Positions 1 to 10,728 of a stretch of 64,000 nucleotides of DNA are shown in pieces. Both the position numbers and the translations under genes were made by a program. The stretch's first letter is position 1; each line of letters starts with the position of its first letter. The notes under the pieces are model-generated. The model worked only from the letters and a program-made list of their open reading frames with translations. It made no database searches and had not been told where the DNA came from. Origin of the DNA: Spizellomyces punctatus DAOM BR117 (taxonomy: Eukaryota); assembly GCA_000182565.2 (NCBI GenBank), contig KQ257458.1; one strand, given 5' to 3'.

Positions 1-455
1 GTTTTTGCATTTGTTACTCTATCAAGAATGTTTTTTAAAAGTTCCAACTCACGCGTGTTCATTTTTATTTTGATCATCCCGATATAGAACGCGATATGGC
101 CACCTGTGTAGCAATGTGTTGTCCGCAAAGCGGCGAACTCGTTGCGGGAGGGGAACACGCACAGTTGAAACCTCAAATTGGGAACGATGGCCGCTCTAAA
201 AAAATCGTTCAATCGAGGGTCCCCCCGAATGAGAGCGATTACGACGCCTACGGTGGGACCCTGACAGCAAGTTGAACCCTGTATAGACCAGTCTTGTAGG
301 AGCAAAGAGTTGGCAACCCAAGTTGGCACTTTGTTCGTTGATCACAAATTTAGACTGCAGAGCATGCCTGGGATGAGCTGACACTCCCTTCTTATGATCT
401 CACTTGTCGTCTTTCCCAATGTTTCTCCTCACTGTTTGATCAAACATCTGCAATT

Positions 456-1722
456 ATGGCGAGTAAAGTCGAGGATTCATGGTGCGATTGGAGAGGTAGA
501 TATGAACTACGGTTATGGTGTGTTTGGCGGATCTGTATCCTGTATCTAATGGCAGCTTGTTATGTGCAGTTCAAATATATCACTGTCACTATTCGAACTT
601 GTGGCGGATCTTCTTTTGCAGTACGTCTCGCCTTGCTACCCGCCTTTTTTCCCTGAAAACTCATAAACCTTCTCTTCTTTCATAGTCATGTCCACCATGT
701 GCTTTACTGTCGCCGCTATCGGAATCTACATACTCTACAGAAAAATCTGCGTCAATGGAGGGAGGTTTTTCAATGTCATCGAAGGATGGAAACAGCCAAG
801 ACCTTTTGAATGTTTTATTTTGTGGATGACTGTCTCTTGTCTGGGGCATGGGATCTACGGGGTGCTGATTTTGGTGGATGTACTGAAGAGCGAGGCAAAC
901 AAAGAGTTCTGGGTGGGTTTGCAAACGCTTCTTGCTTTATGGGAACATTTGGCACAGGGCTGACGAGCTTTATTATCAACCCGACAGCAAAGCTGGCCCT
1001 GGAACGCCGCGCAAGTGGCAGTCGTCCTCTACTTCTTCGGTATTCTCCATGCGACACCGGCGCTTGATATAAAATCGACGGCAAGCACGGAACCTCAAGC
1101 CCTTCCTTCCTCCCGCACCATGTCCATTCTAACCACCTTATTCACTGCCGTACCCGCCGCGGTCCTCACTCTCCTCAGTGTCCTCTCTGGTTTCGCAAGA
1201 GATCAAAAGTGGACTCATGCCCAAGATGCGCTCTTGATCCTCACCCTCACAGTTTGGGCTCTTGTCTGCATCGCAACGGCTCTGGCAGTCGGATATTCTG
1301 GTAGTAGGCTTATCAACCTGATAAAGTCCGCCATTCCTCTCCTTCCAAGTTCCAGTACACAAATCAGGCTCACCAGAACAGCCCGCAAGGTCTACTTGTT
1401 AACAGGATGGATCGTGATCAAATTGTGCATCTACGCTGCCGCACTGCTGCTTTTTGCCGGTTTTCGGGAACGGATCCTCGAAAACGCCCCATTGTCGATT
1501 TTCCTTGCGGGGTGTTGGTGGTTGTGTCTGCCATCCGGTCTTTTGGTCGTTTTTATAGTGGCGCTGGTCGTGTGAGTATCTAATTCTTCGATTGTGGTTA
1601 ATGCTTTAGATCTAACTGTACTCTTTCCTAGCTCTCATCAGACGCACAGAGTTTCTGATTCATCCTCATCATTCAAGTTTCCGTTCGACATGCAGAGTCA
1701 ACCCGCATCGGATCCATCGTGA
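456..1722 (+). CDS. Seven-transmembrane, GPCR-like membrane protein (5 exons)
   Basis: Joining 456-495, 570-620, 686-912, 988-1571 and 1632-1722 at GT..AG sites gives MASKVEDSWCDWRVQIYHCHYSNLWRIFFCIMSTMCF...EFWQSWPW... with seven hydrophobic segments. The last exon and stop are less certain. Confidence 0.75.
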
Positions 1723-2198
1723 ACGTCATGGTAGCGAGTAACAACCATACTGGGTTGGACTCGGCCATCACATACAAAGCATCCTCCACCATGTTACCAA
1801 CAAATTGCCATCATGGGACAGGGGCATCCGCACCGCCGACTACCCTCAGCGCACATCAAGCGCAAAGTGGGTATACCTGCACACGAAAATGGAAGACCTT
1901 TCCATGTTTTGCCGCTCCTCCCGGCTCCATGATTTCATATATAGTCATTTTTTTTGCTCCTCCTAATCTGACCGATTCTATACAGAATCATAGATGGAGT
2001 ACTGTAGTATAGTGTTGTATCAAGTAGACAATATGCTATGGCTGTGTACATTGTAGTATAATTAGAGAAATTGTTATTCTGTTGAATATACTGGAACATC
2101 GAGTTTTCCTTCAATCAAACCATGCTGAATATCTTACTTCGCCAGCGATCCTGGTTGATTAGAATGGATGATATAAAAGTCCTCCGAAGATTTCATCT

Positions 2199-2271
2199 GG
2201 GGAATTAGCTCAAATGGTAGAGCGCTCGCTTAGCATGCGAGAGGCACGGGGATCGATACCCCGATTCTCCA
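2199..2271 (+). tRNA. tRNA-Ala(AGC), copy 1 (D-loop TGGTA variant)
   Basis: 73-nt cloverleaf GGGGAATTAGCTCAAATGGTAGAGCGCTCGCTTAGCATGCGAG...CCCCGATTCTCCA; anticodon AGC; G3:U70 alanine identity pair; downstream T-run. Confidence 0.97.
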
Positions 2272-2853
2272 TCCATATCTCGTAGGCAACACGTTTAGGC
2301 AACACGTTTTTTTGAATTCTTTCATCTAAGGTTGTCACTCCTTGAAATTTGTTGCGCTACCAACCAGCCAGTCGTTCTTTGTTCATGGCTTTGTGAGTGC
2401 GGAATAGGCTTGTCCATTGGCGCATGTATAAGAAGCTGCCACTGCTCGTGTGTAGGCGTTTTGAACAGCAATCACCGATCCTATGTTCGACTACGTAGAT
2501 GCTTGTGCTGTAAACTGTCGTTTCCGAAATGAAGACACTCCCTTTGCACCATGGGTTATCAATTGTGGCATTGGGCTGTGAATGGACAAGTGGTTGGATC
2601 GGTTCTTAGGCCAAATATTTATTCTGATATGTAGCCAGCTCTTGGTGGCTATTTTCAGCATGACATACTTTTGGGCGGACGACATTTTCATCATGATCGG
2701 GTCAGGTCCGCTTGTTGCTCAGGTCCAGGTCTTCCTGTAAAGATTGCTGTATTAAAAAGACGCACAATATAGCCATATAATCGCCAGAACAAACGAGATT
2801 CTGTGTACGGTATCTGTTCCATAATGGATAATAGCCGAGTTCCGGCCAATTCA

Positions 2854-3594
2854 TAGTGTGGAGGCGATTGAAAATGGCACTAGGACCCATTATTATCCGG
2901 ATTAATCCGGTTAATCATATCGCATAATCAGAACCCCCCTCTATCGCTCAGATTGGTGTGGCATGTATTGTAATGTTTTTTTTTAAACTGCGGTGAGGCG
3001 CATGCCAAAGGTCTATAAAAGGGGGGCCTTTTCCCTCTTTCCTCTTTACCCATCCTCGACTCGAAGCATCTGCGCAACGCTCATTGCGACCCACACAACC
3101 TCATTGCGACTCGGCCAACCATGAGAACGCCGATGTGGTGGTGTCGAGGACCTCGACCGCCCGACAGCAACCGTGATCAGAACCAGCGGCAACCAATCAG
3201 ATCCGATAACAAAACCTACTATTATACTGCCACATTAGTTGAGCTTGGTTGGTATGTATCGATGGCATTTCTTGCATTTCTTGTCATCGGGTCACCTCGC
3301 TGACATGCAGTTTTTTTTAGTCTCCAAGCCTTGTCACTGAAAATCCACCAGCTTGTGACGCTGCCCAGTCGATTCGCTCCTGGATGCAAGAGTCTGGCTT
3401 CAATGCCATCAAGAGTTCTGGATCAAGGCTTAGTAGGGACCATGTGTGGTGGTGGGCAGTTATCCGGTTAGAACAACCATTACGTATTGCATGTATAATT
3501 GCCTAGTAGTAGTTAGATAGCTTTTCCGAACCGGTTGTCGCCGGTTTATTCCCTGGTGTAGTAGCTAGTGCCAGTTTCTGTCACCTCTACACTA
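2854..3594 (+). mobile_element. Non-autonomous TIR element (MITE-like), copy 1, carrying a TATA-ORF-intron cassette
   Basis: Left end TAGTGTGGAGGCGATTGAAAATGGCACTAG and right end CTAGTGCCAGTTTCTGTCACCTCTACACTA form an imperfect ~30-bp inverted repeat. Colinear with 23918-24669 and 38552-39283, and the flanks are unrelated. No transposase ORF. Confidence 0.85.
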
Positions 3595-3863
3595 TAGATG
3601 TTTGATTAACTTGCAGAGACCACTAGCACTGGACGCATAGTATTTACGCACCAGCTGAATCTTATCTGCGGTACAATTTGATCTCATACTGTTGATACCA
3701 AGTCATTGGATGTATTCTGGAGAATGGGATACCACTCATCTGAGATCATGGTTGTTGAATGTTCTCGTTTGCTGCTTTCCCGTAATTGACACACCTTGTT
3801 CAAGGAGTGACAATCGAGAGCTAATTGAATTGATAAAAATGCGCGTTTGTTTATATTTCATCA

Positions 3864-3936
3864 GGGGAATTAGCTCAAATGGCAGAGCGCTCGCTTAGCA
3901 TGCGAGAGGCACGGGGATCGATACCCCGATTCTCCA
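3864..3936 (+). tRNA. tRNA-Ala(AGC), copy 2 (TGGCA variant)
   Basis: Same 73-nt sequence as copy 1 except T>C in the D-loop; T-run at ~3962. Confidence 0.97.
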
Positions 3937-4385
3937 CTTCATGACGTTCTTCCAAAGAGAATTTTTTTTGCACGGTTATATCGGACGTTCTCTGGAGTCG
4001 AACCTAGCTGGTAGGATAATATAGTTGACTATCACGAAGTACAGTTGATAATTCAGTTGTCATTACTTACGGATGCTGCATCAGTACTTGAAAATCAGTA
4101 ATGCGATTTCAATGAGATGATCACAGAACGACAGGCCAATGATCAGTACATGAATAGGTTTTTACTGTTACCGTAGATTCATCTCATCTGGTCGCATCCA
4201 TTCTCTTCATCAACAAATATCCTGTTTCAAAGTCGACATCGTATATATTTGACTCTTAACTGTGTACATATACAAAAACTACAGAAAGCCTCCATGATCA
4301 CGGAAGAAATAGATACAAGGAAGCCATATTTCATACAGGGTGCAGGCTTTTCAACAAAACTATATGTGGGATATGCAGAAAATGA

Positions 4386-6351
4386 TCAGATATTCTCGAC
4401 CGTTCCTAGACTTGTAACCACTGGCTGGACGGGTTGCGCCGTCGCTTGGTTGGAGGGGCCTTGTGCTTGAACGGGTGTTGACTGAGTGGGAGCGGCTTGA
4501 GTTGGTGTTGACTGAGCGGGAGCCGCTTGAGTGGGAGCCGCATGAGTGGGAGCCGCATGAGTGGGAGCCGCATGAGTGGGAGCTGCTTGGGTGGGAGCCG
4601 CTTGAGTGGGAGCCGCATGAGTGGGAGCCGCATGAGTGGGAGCCGCATGAGTGGGAGCTGCTTGGGTGGGAGCTGCTTGGGTGGGAGCGGCTTGAGTGGG
4701 AGCTGCTTGAGCGGGAGCCGCATGAGTGGCAGCCGCATGAGTGGGAGCGGCTTGGGTGGGAGCTGCTTGAGTGGGAGCCGCATGAGTGGGAGCGGGTTGC
4801 GCCGCTCGAACTGGTGCTGTTACTCCAGAAGGTCCGGGTTCAGCAGCAGGAGGTAACGGGACAGGTTCCGGAAGTTTTGACGGAGCAACTGGTTGTCCGA
4901 CAATTGGCTGGTCCCGATGCGCATCTTTCATCTCCTCCGCCATCAGATGATTTTGGTTTGACCTCGTTAACGATGACGCGGTTGAAGCTATAGAAGCGGT
5001 GCTGTTCATCGTGCCCGCAGCTGCCAGCGTCTTATAGGGAACAAATTGGGCCATGGCATTCCACCACGATTCTGACTCTGACATGCTGTTGGTTGAAAAC
5101 TTGTACACCTTTCGCTTATTTGTGAAAAGGCCGTGATTCTCTCTGATTTCAGTCAAGTGGAACTCTTCAGCCGTGACACCCCCGGCGCCCATGCCAAGCG
5201 GACCTAGTTCGCAGCTGCGAAGCCAAATGTGCCGTTTGGGTTTAATGTCCTCTTCGCCGTCCAGTCGTGGCCTTTCGGGAAATTCATGTAACCAACCACT
5301 CGCACTCACGCAGTACCACTTTTCCTTCCATTTCTTCATCACTTTGCTTTTCCTCAGCATTGGGCCTTCTTTAAGCAGTTGAACGAGGGGATCATTTCCG
5401 CCCGGATAATCCTCTGCAAACGCGAACGGAGAGGCTGCGTCCTGCAGATTCCTGTTTCGGTAGGCCTCCCATTCACGGTCTGGGTCCAGCGCATTGACAG
5501 CGTTCTGGAGAGATGTTGTTGCACCATGAGACGCCGCCGCAACGGAATCCAGAGACGTGTAAGCCAGTAAAGCAGATTTGAGGTTTTTGATCAGGTTCTT
5601 CTCCCAGACTCCAAATGTACGTTCGATTTCGGCAATATTGTCCGAGCGGGAACGGTACTTGTGAGAAGCGTAATAGAGATGCCGTTTCACAGCTGATCAT
5701 TGGGGGGAATGGAAATGAGTATTGCAAGGCTCGCGGAAATGTGAAAGAAAATTGTCACATACCCCAATTGGCCAACCAAGGATCGCCTGCATCCCATGGC
5801 GACATTTTCACCACCCCCTGACCAGCGGACAATGTCCGTTGCAAAGTTTTCAAAAGTTGCTTGAGTTTCAGCTCATCCTTCTCCTTGTCCTTCTTTCTGT
5901 GACGCTCCTCTTCCATCAGTTCAGTCATTTTCCTGTGTACTTCCTTATCCAACGACTTCAAAGCGGGCAACGTCTGTGAATGCAACACCTTGTGGACTGA
6001 GTCGTGTTCTGCCGAAAGTTGCGAACACGTTTCTCTAGAACATTTCATCAACTCCCCGATGCCCGGGCTGTTACCGAACGCCGCATCTCGCTCACGGGAA
6101 GGGTTGGATGTCCAGTGACGAAGAGTTTTCTGTTGCGATACGCTGAGGTTCTTCTCGAGGGCAGCTTGGTCTTCGAATTGCAAGATGAGAAGCCGTATAA
6201 GGGAAAGCCAACCTGCGCAACGGGTAAGGATAAGGTCGGATGGATTCGGCGGCAGTTGCCCCTCGCCAATGGAGGGAGACCGGTAGCACGTGGGAGAACG
6301 TGTCACGTCTGTGGACGATCCAGTCTTTGTCGCTGATTCGAGCGTTGCCAT
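4386..6351 (-). CDS. Slm1/Slm2-like coiled-coil (BAR-like) plus PH-domain protein with a C-terminal pentapeptide repeat
   Basis: Exons 6351-5763 and 5692-4386 join as DPWLANW-A-VKRHL. PH-like segment LLKEGPMLRKSKVMKKWKEKWYCVSASGWLHEF...ESESWWNAM. Confidence 0.8.
4480..4797 (-). repeat. Coding 15-bp minisatellite, about 20 units, encoding PT(H/Q)AA
   Basis: Tandem GAGTGGGAGCCGCAT / GAGTGGGAGCTGCTT-type units on the + strand. Confidence 0.95.
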
Positions 6352-8070
6352 AGTTGGTTCTACGACGTTTGGTTTGGTTGTTGTCTTTGTGATTTGATTT
6401 GATGTACTTGCGAAAGAAATAATGGGTAGCTTTTTTCCACAGAGTCGAGTCCGCCAACTCCAAAAGCTCGATCTTTATACATCTTTCCCGCCCGATTGTC
6501 GGGCCACACATCATGCGTTGCTATCATCGCAACTTGACATCATTCCTACGAGAAAGGGCTCACGAGGGACAGGGCCACCCCTCCGTCCTCTTGGTTCCCC
6601 CAAAAAGGTGTTGCAGTGTTCAAAATATGGCTTGGTCACATAACGTCATCCATCGCGACTGAGTGATGACGGGTAGCTAAGCCTCACTGTGGAGAACCAG
6701 CGTTCTAGCCCAACAGCCCTACATGCAAATACAGGATCTACCGGAAAGGAACAAGGGAAAAATCACTTTTGCACCTACAGCCGAGATGCATGGACAAATA
6801 AGCATAGCATAATATTAGCAGCCCAGCTGCGTTTTGAAAACATGAGATTCGCACAGTTCGGTCCCCAAAGGTCCACAGCTCAACCAACCAGATAAGACAT
6901 CTCACATCCTGATACCTGGATGACATTTCCTCCGCAACCGGAGGTAATCCCTACAACATTTCCCACCCCATTATTTGTTCCTCATCAAAAGCCTATTCGC
7001 CTGCAGTTTGGCCCGCCCTGACACTGTCGGCTATGGGATGTCGTCCTAATAGATGATGTTTTGGCCGGTTCCCTCGTCCGTCCTTGAAGGAACGGTAGTG
7101 AACCATCCCACTCAACGTAGTTCCAAATGATCGTCTAAAACAGCGTCCAGTATGTGTTGCGTTCAAACAAGGATCAATGTCATACTGTTCGCATTTTTGA
7201 CACCCGCAAATATTTCAATGCTGGAGTTTTTATGTCTAATCCAAACAGATGATATCTTTGAAGGGTGCCCGACAATTTGGAAATTATAATAGTGTCTTCC
7301 TAATAGTGTCATCGTTGCAGATCCCGCCTAAACTTAACCTTAATTCATGGTGCATCGGAGCGTACCGTGTCTTCTCAACACTTGTCCATCCAATTAACGC
7401 TTTAAATGCCTTCAATCATAGATCCAAGAAGTAGCCGGAAAAGGGTCGGGTTAGCCTTCCAATCGCAAAGGTTGACGCACGGTTAGTACAAAGAGTTCGC
7501 ACGACTTGCCAGGAGTGTCATACTACAGAGGCAGCCATCCACAAATCAAGACACTGCCAAACATTCAATGAACATTTCCGTGGCAGTTGCTCCTTTCCTA
7601 TATACACACTCATTGCGCGGACAGGCTTCAGCTACGCAAAAGCCCAGCAAGTTCACGATTTCTCGTGCTCTTTGAACGAAATTCGTGGAACGAACTTGGG
7701 GCGTTTCCAAACCTCGACAGCTCCTTCGCGCAAATCTGCTTAATCATAAGAACTAGTAGTTCAAAACCAGACAAGCTAAAGCTTCCCATTTATACGTGCA
7801 TCAATACAGAAATTCCCCACGACTGTCCGTACATGTACCTTCACAGATTGCCAAGAAGTTCAATCCACTGTCGGAACAAGCGGTGGAATAGCATTATTGG
7901 AATAGACAGGCTTTTGGCTACACCATGCATGGGATTAGCTTCCGCCCACCTTCTAATTAACAGCACCTACCTTCATGAGACCATCCAAGTAGCGCATTTG
8001 GAAGCGCATTACTCCATGATGAAGAGAGTTCATTTCTGACATATAAATGTGGGGTAATCTGTACATTCAT

Positions 8071-8143
8071 GGGGAATTAGCTCAAATGGCAGAGCGCTCG
8101 CTTAGCATGCGAGAGGCACGGGGATCGATACCCCGATTCTCCA
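8071..8143 (+). tRNA. tRNA-Ala(AGC), copy 3 (TGGCA variant)
   Basis: Identical to copy 2; T-run at ~8164. Confidence 0.97.
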
Positions 8144-8495
8144 TTCTCTGAAATAGTGTGTTGTTTTTTTTGGTCGTGTTTTGATCATCCGTGCTTCCAC
8201 CTGGGAGGCATTTTCATTAATGCGTATGGAAATCAGTCTTAAGTTCTGACAACTAGTATTTAGTGAAGGAATAAGTATTCATAGGAGGCATTGATGGGAC
8301 AATTTCTTGCACCACTGTGCCCTCCAAAATTCATATGCATAGACTAGAATGCTAGACCATCACATGACAGGATATATATGTACAGGAATTTACAAAAGAA
8401 ACGCAAGCAATATAGAGCACAAACTGCAAGCACCTGCACCACAAAGCACAAACCAGCGAGAATCCCACTCAAGCACTTTAGAACTCAACGACCCT

Positions 8496-9044
8496 TCATT
8501 CGACGGTAATCTGCTTTGGTTGAGGCTGCTCAGCCTTTCCAACCTTGACCGTCAACAGTCCATTGTCGAGCTTGGCTTCAACCTTGTTTGGATCGAATTT
8601 TCCAGGAGGAAGCGGAATGGCACGAGCAAACTTGCCGTACATGATCTCGCCAGCGTATAAAGCCTGGGCTTTCTCATAGACTTCGGGCTTTGGGTATTCA
8701 CCAGAGATCATGAGTGTGTTTTCGTCCGAGAGTTCGACTTTGACCTTGTCTTTGGGTACGCCTGGGAGTTCGCTGTAGATCTGTGCAGGTCGTGTGATGT
8801 GTTAGAGAATCTTGCGAACTCATAAAGGATAAGAAGAGGGCTTTACCAAAAAGTGGTCACCGGCGTCCAATACATCAACGGGGGGCATCCACTCGGCAGG
8901 CGGACCTTTCCGGCCCTGGCCGCCTTGGGTCGGCCCACGGGTGATCAGAAGCGGGCTACCGGGACCAAAGTCGGAGAGAACGTCACGTAGGACTCGTTGC
9001 ATGTTGCGTTCCAGTTGTCGAAAGGTGCGGTCAACGTCAGCCAT
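8496..9044 (-). CDS. Small heat-shock protein (Hsp20/alpha-crystallin family)
   Basis: Removing intron 8846-8781 gives PPVDVLDAGDHFL-IYSELPGVPKDKVKV...YGKFARAIPLP...VEAKLDNGLLTVKV, typical alpha-crystallin domain motifs. Confidence 0.93.
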
Positions 9045-9224
9045 AGGTTGAAATTGAAAAGAGTGAGTTGTTGATCAGTTATAATTGAAAAAGCAGTTCG
9101 ACAAAAAGTTGGGTGGGAAGGAAATCTATGAAGGGTGCTCTTTATGTACTGTTTTATTAGCAAACCCGAAAGGCCAGCCATCATGATGTGGCATGACACA
9201 AAAAGTTGACGTGCAAAGAGCGCC

Positions 9225-9365
9225 AGAAGGGTTCAGTTACCATAACGTTCCGGAAACTGCCCATCTTCCAGTAGCAGCACGTTCCCAGTCCCCCCGCGCG
9301 CGTAGGCGGATGACCCAGGAAGGGGAACAGCTCAAGGACGGATACCATTGAGAACCTTCCAAGAT
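9225..9365. promoter_or_regulatory. Candidate heat-shock elements upstream of the Hsp20 gene
   Basis: TTCcgGAA at 9248-9255 and GAAccTTC at 9352-9359 (inverted nGAAn units); TATA-like TACATAAA on the minus strand at ~9141-9148. Confidence 0.5.
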
Positions 9366-9568
9366 TAAAGTATTTGAAAATGTTTTGGAAATGAGGTCAA
9401 TATTTATTTTGAAATTTGACCGGACATTCGCACCAGGCGACAAGTTCCGGCAATTTCAATCCTTCACAAATTATACAAATGAACAAAGTCACACCTTTGC
9501 AATCCCACCGCAATTATCGTAACCATCTCTACAGTTTTAATACTACTACATTATGCTCCGTGATATGA

Positions 9569-10728
9569 TTACGCTGGTGCTTTGCCCAACTCAACCTCGA
9601 GAGGCAATCCAATCAATGCACCTGCAACCCAGGAGACTGGATTGTCACCGCCAACGGAGATGGGCACAACTTTCAAATGCGCATTGGTTTGGCCACCCAA
9701 AACTTGGCCCAATGCCGCTTGAATAGCTGGGGGGAACGCACCGGTGGGAGCCAATACAGCGTCCAAAGGCAGGGTTGTCTCTCCCGCAGACTTGAGCATA
9801 GTCTTCCCGATGCTAGTTGCTTGACCAAGTGGGAGAGTGATGTTCGTGCCAGGTACGGGAAGAGTGACGTTGAAGACAATAGTGTCGAGTTCGATACCGA
9901 TGGGAGAGGGGTTGTTGAGTGTGGCATTCATAGCGATGGGGAGAGGTTGGGCTGGGTCGGGAACAGCCTTGGGCTGGAACTGACGGATAGCGGTGCCCTT
10001 GAGTTGGTTCATACCCTTCAGCTCAACAACCTTGTCCATCGTCAGACCCTTGTAGGTGCGGCCAACAGCCTTGACCCACATATCAGCTCGCAACCTCCAT
10101 TTGAAGCTGGGGGAGACGATCATGAATTTGTTGAAACCGGTCAAAGCCTGCTGGCTCAGGACAGTAACGTTTTGAACCGTTTGCTCGATGGTGCCTTTGC
10201 CGCCAGAAACTGAGAAAGCACCCATGTTAACTTCCAAAATTGGCTTCTCAGATTGGTCGTTGGGGTCTAGGCCGCCAATCCAGGAAATTGTAAGAGGGGA
10301 GTTGTGGATAAGGGTAGCGTCAAAGTGGCCGGCATTGGTGACATCGATTTTGACGGAAAGCGTAAACGAGTTGTTTTGGGGGTTGCTGATGCTGGCGTCG
10401 ACGAATGTAAGGACGGAGTCGTCGATAGAAGATTCTAAGCATCATGGGAAAATAGGAATGGTAAGTACTGGTTGAGAGCAGTATGAAAAAACTTTGCAAA
10501 CGTACGAGCAATCTTTGGCACAATGACCAGGAAGATGACGGGCAACAAGACAATCAATAACACGGCGATCAAACCAAGGCATCCGAAAGCCCAGGTCTTC
10601 CTTTTCCGTGTCCAGAATCCGGTTTTGTTTGCAAATCCATCATCCTTTGTTGTGGGGGCCTCAACATCTTGGACGGTCTTTGACTCTGGTGCTGTGTCCA
10701 CCTTGGTTTGGGTTGGTGTCTCAGACAT
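9569..10728 (-). CDS. Type II membrane protein with a DUF3712-like domain
   Basis: Exons 10728-10506 and 10434-9569; one N-terminal TM segment (CLGLIAVLLIVLLPVIFLVIVPKIA) and NATLNNPSPIGIEL...FNV motif. Confidence 0.8.

Noticed and set aside
215-305. TPP riboswitch or SECIS reading of the hairpin
   Set aside because: Lacks CUGAGA and the GAU...AAU core, and lacks the tandem G-A quartet
2199-2312. tRNA-derived SINE interpretation of the six tRNA copies; 13-bp tandem duplication at 2283-2308
   Set aside because: Similarity stops at the mature tRNA ends with no shared body or tail; the duplication occurs at one copy only
2879-3570. CACTA/EnSpm call from inner CACTA...TAGTG
   Set aside because: Homology between copies extends ~25 bp beyond these pentamers and there is no 3-bp target duplication
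4406-4993. Alternative-frame repeat ORFs (EPHEW, MSGSR, MRLPL)
   Set aside because: Shadow frames of the 15-bp coding minisatellite
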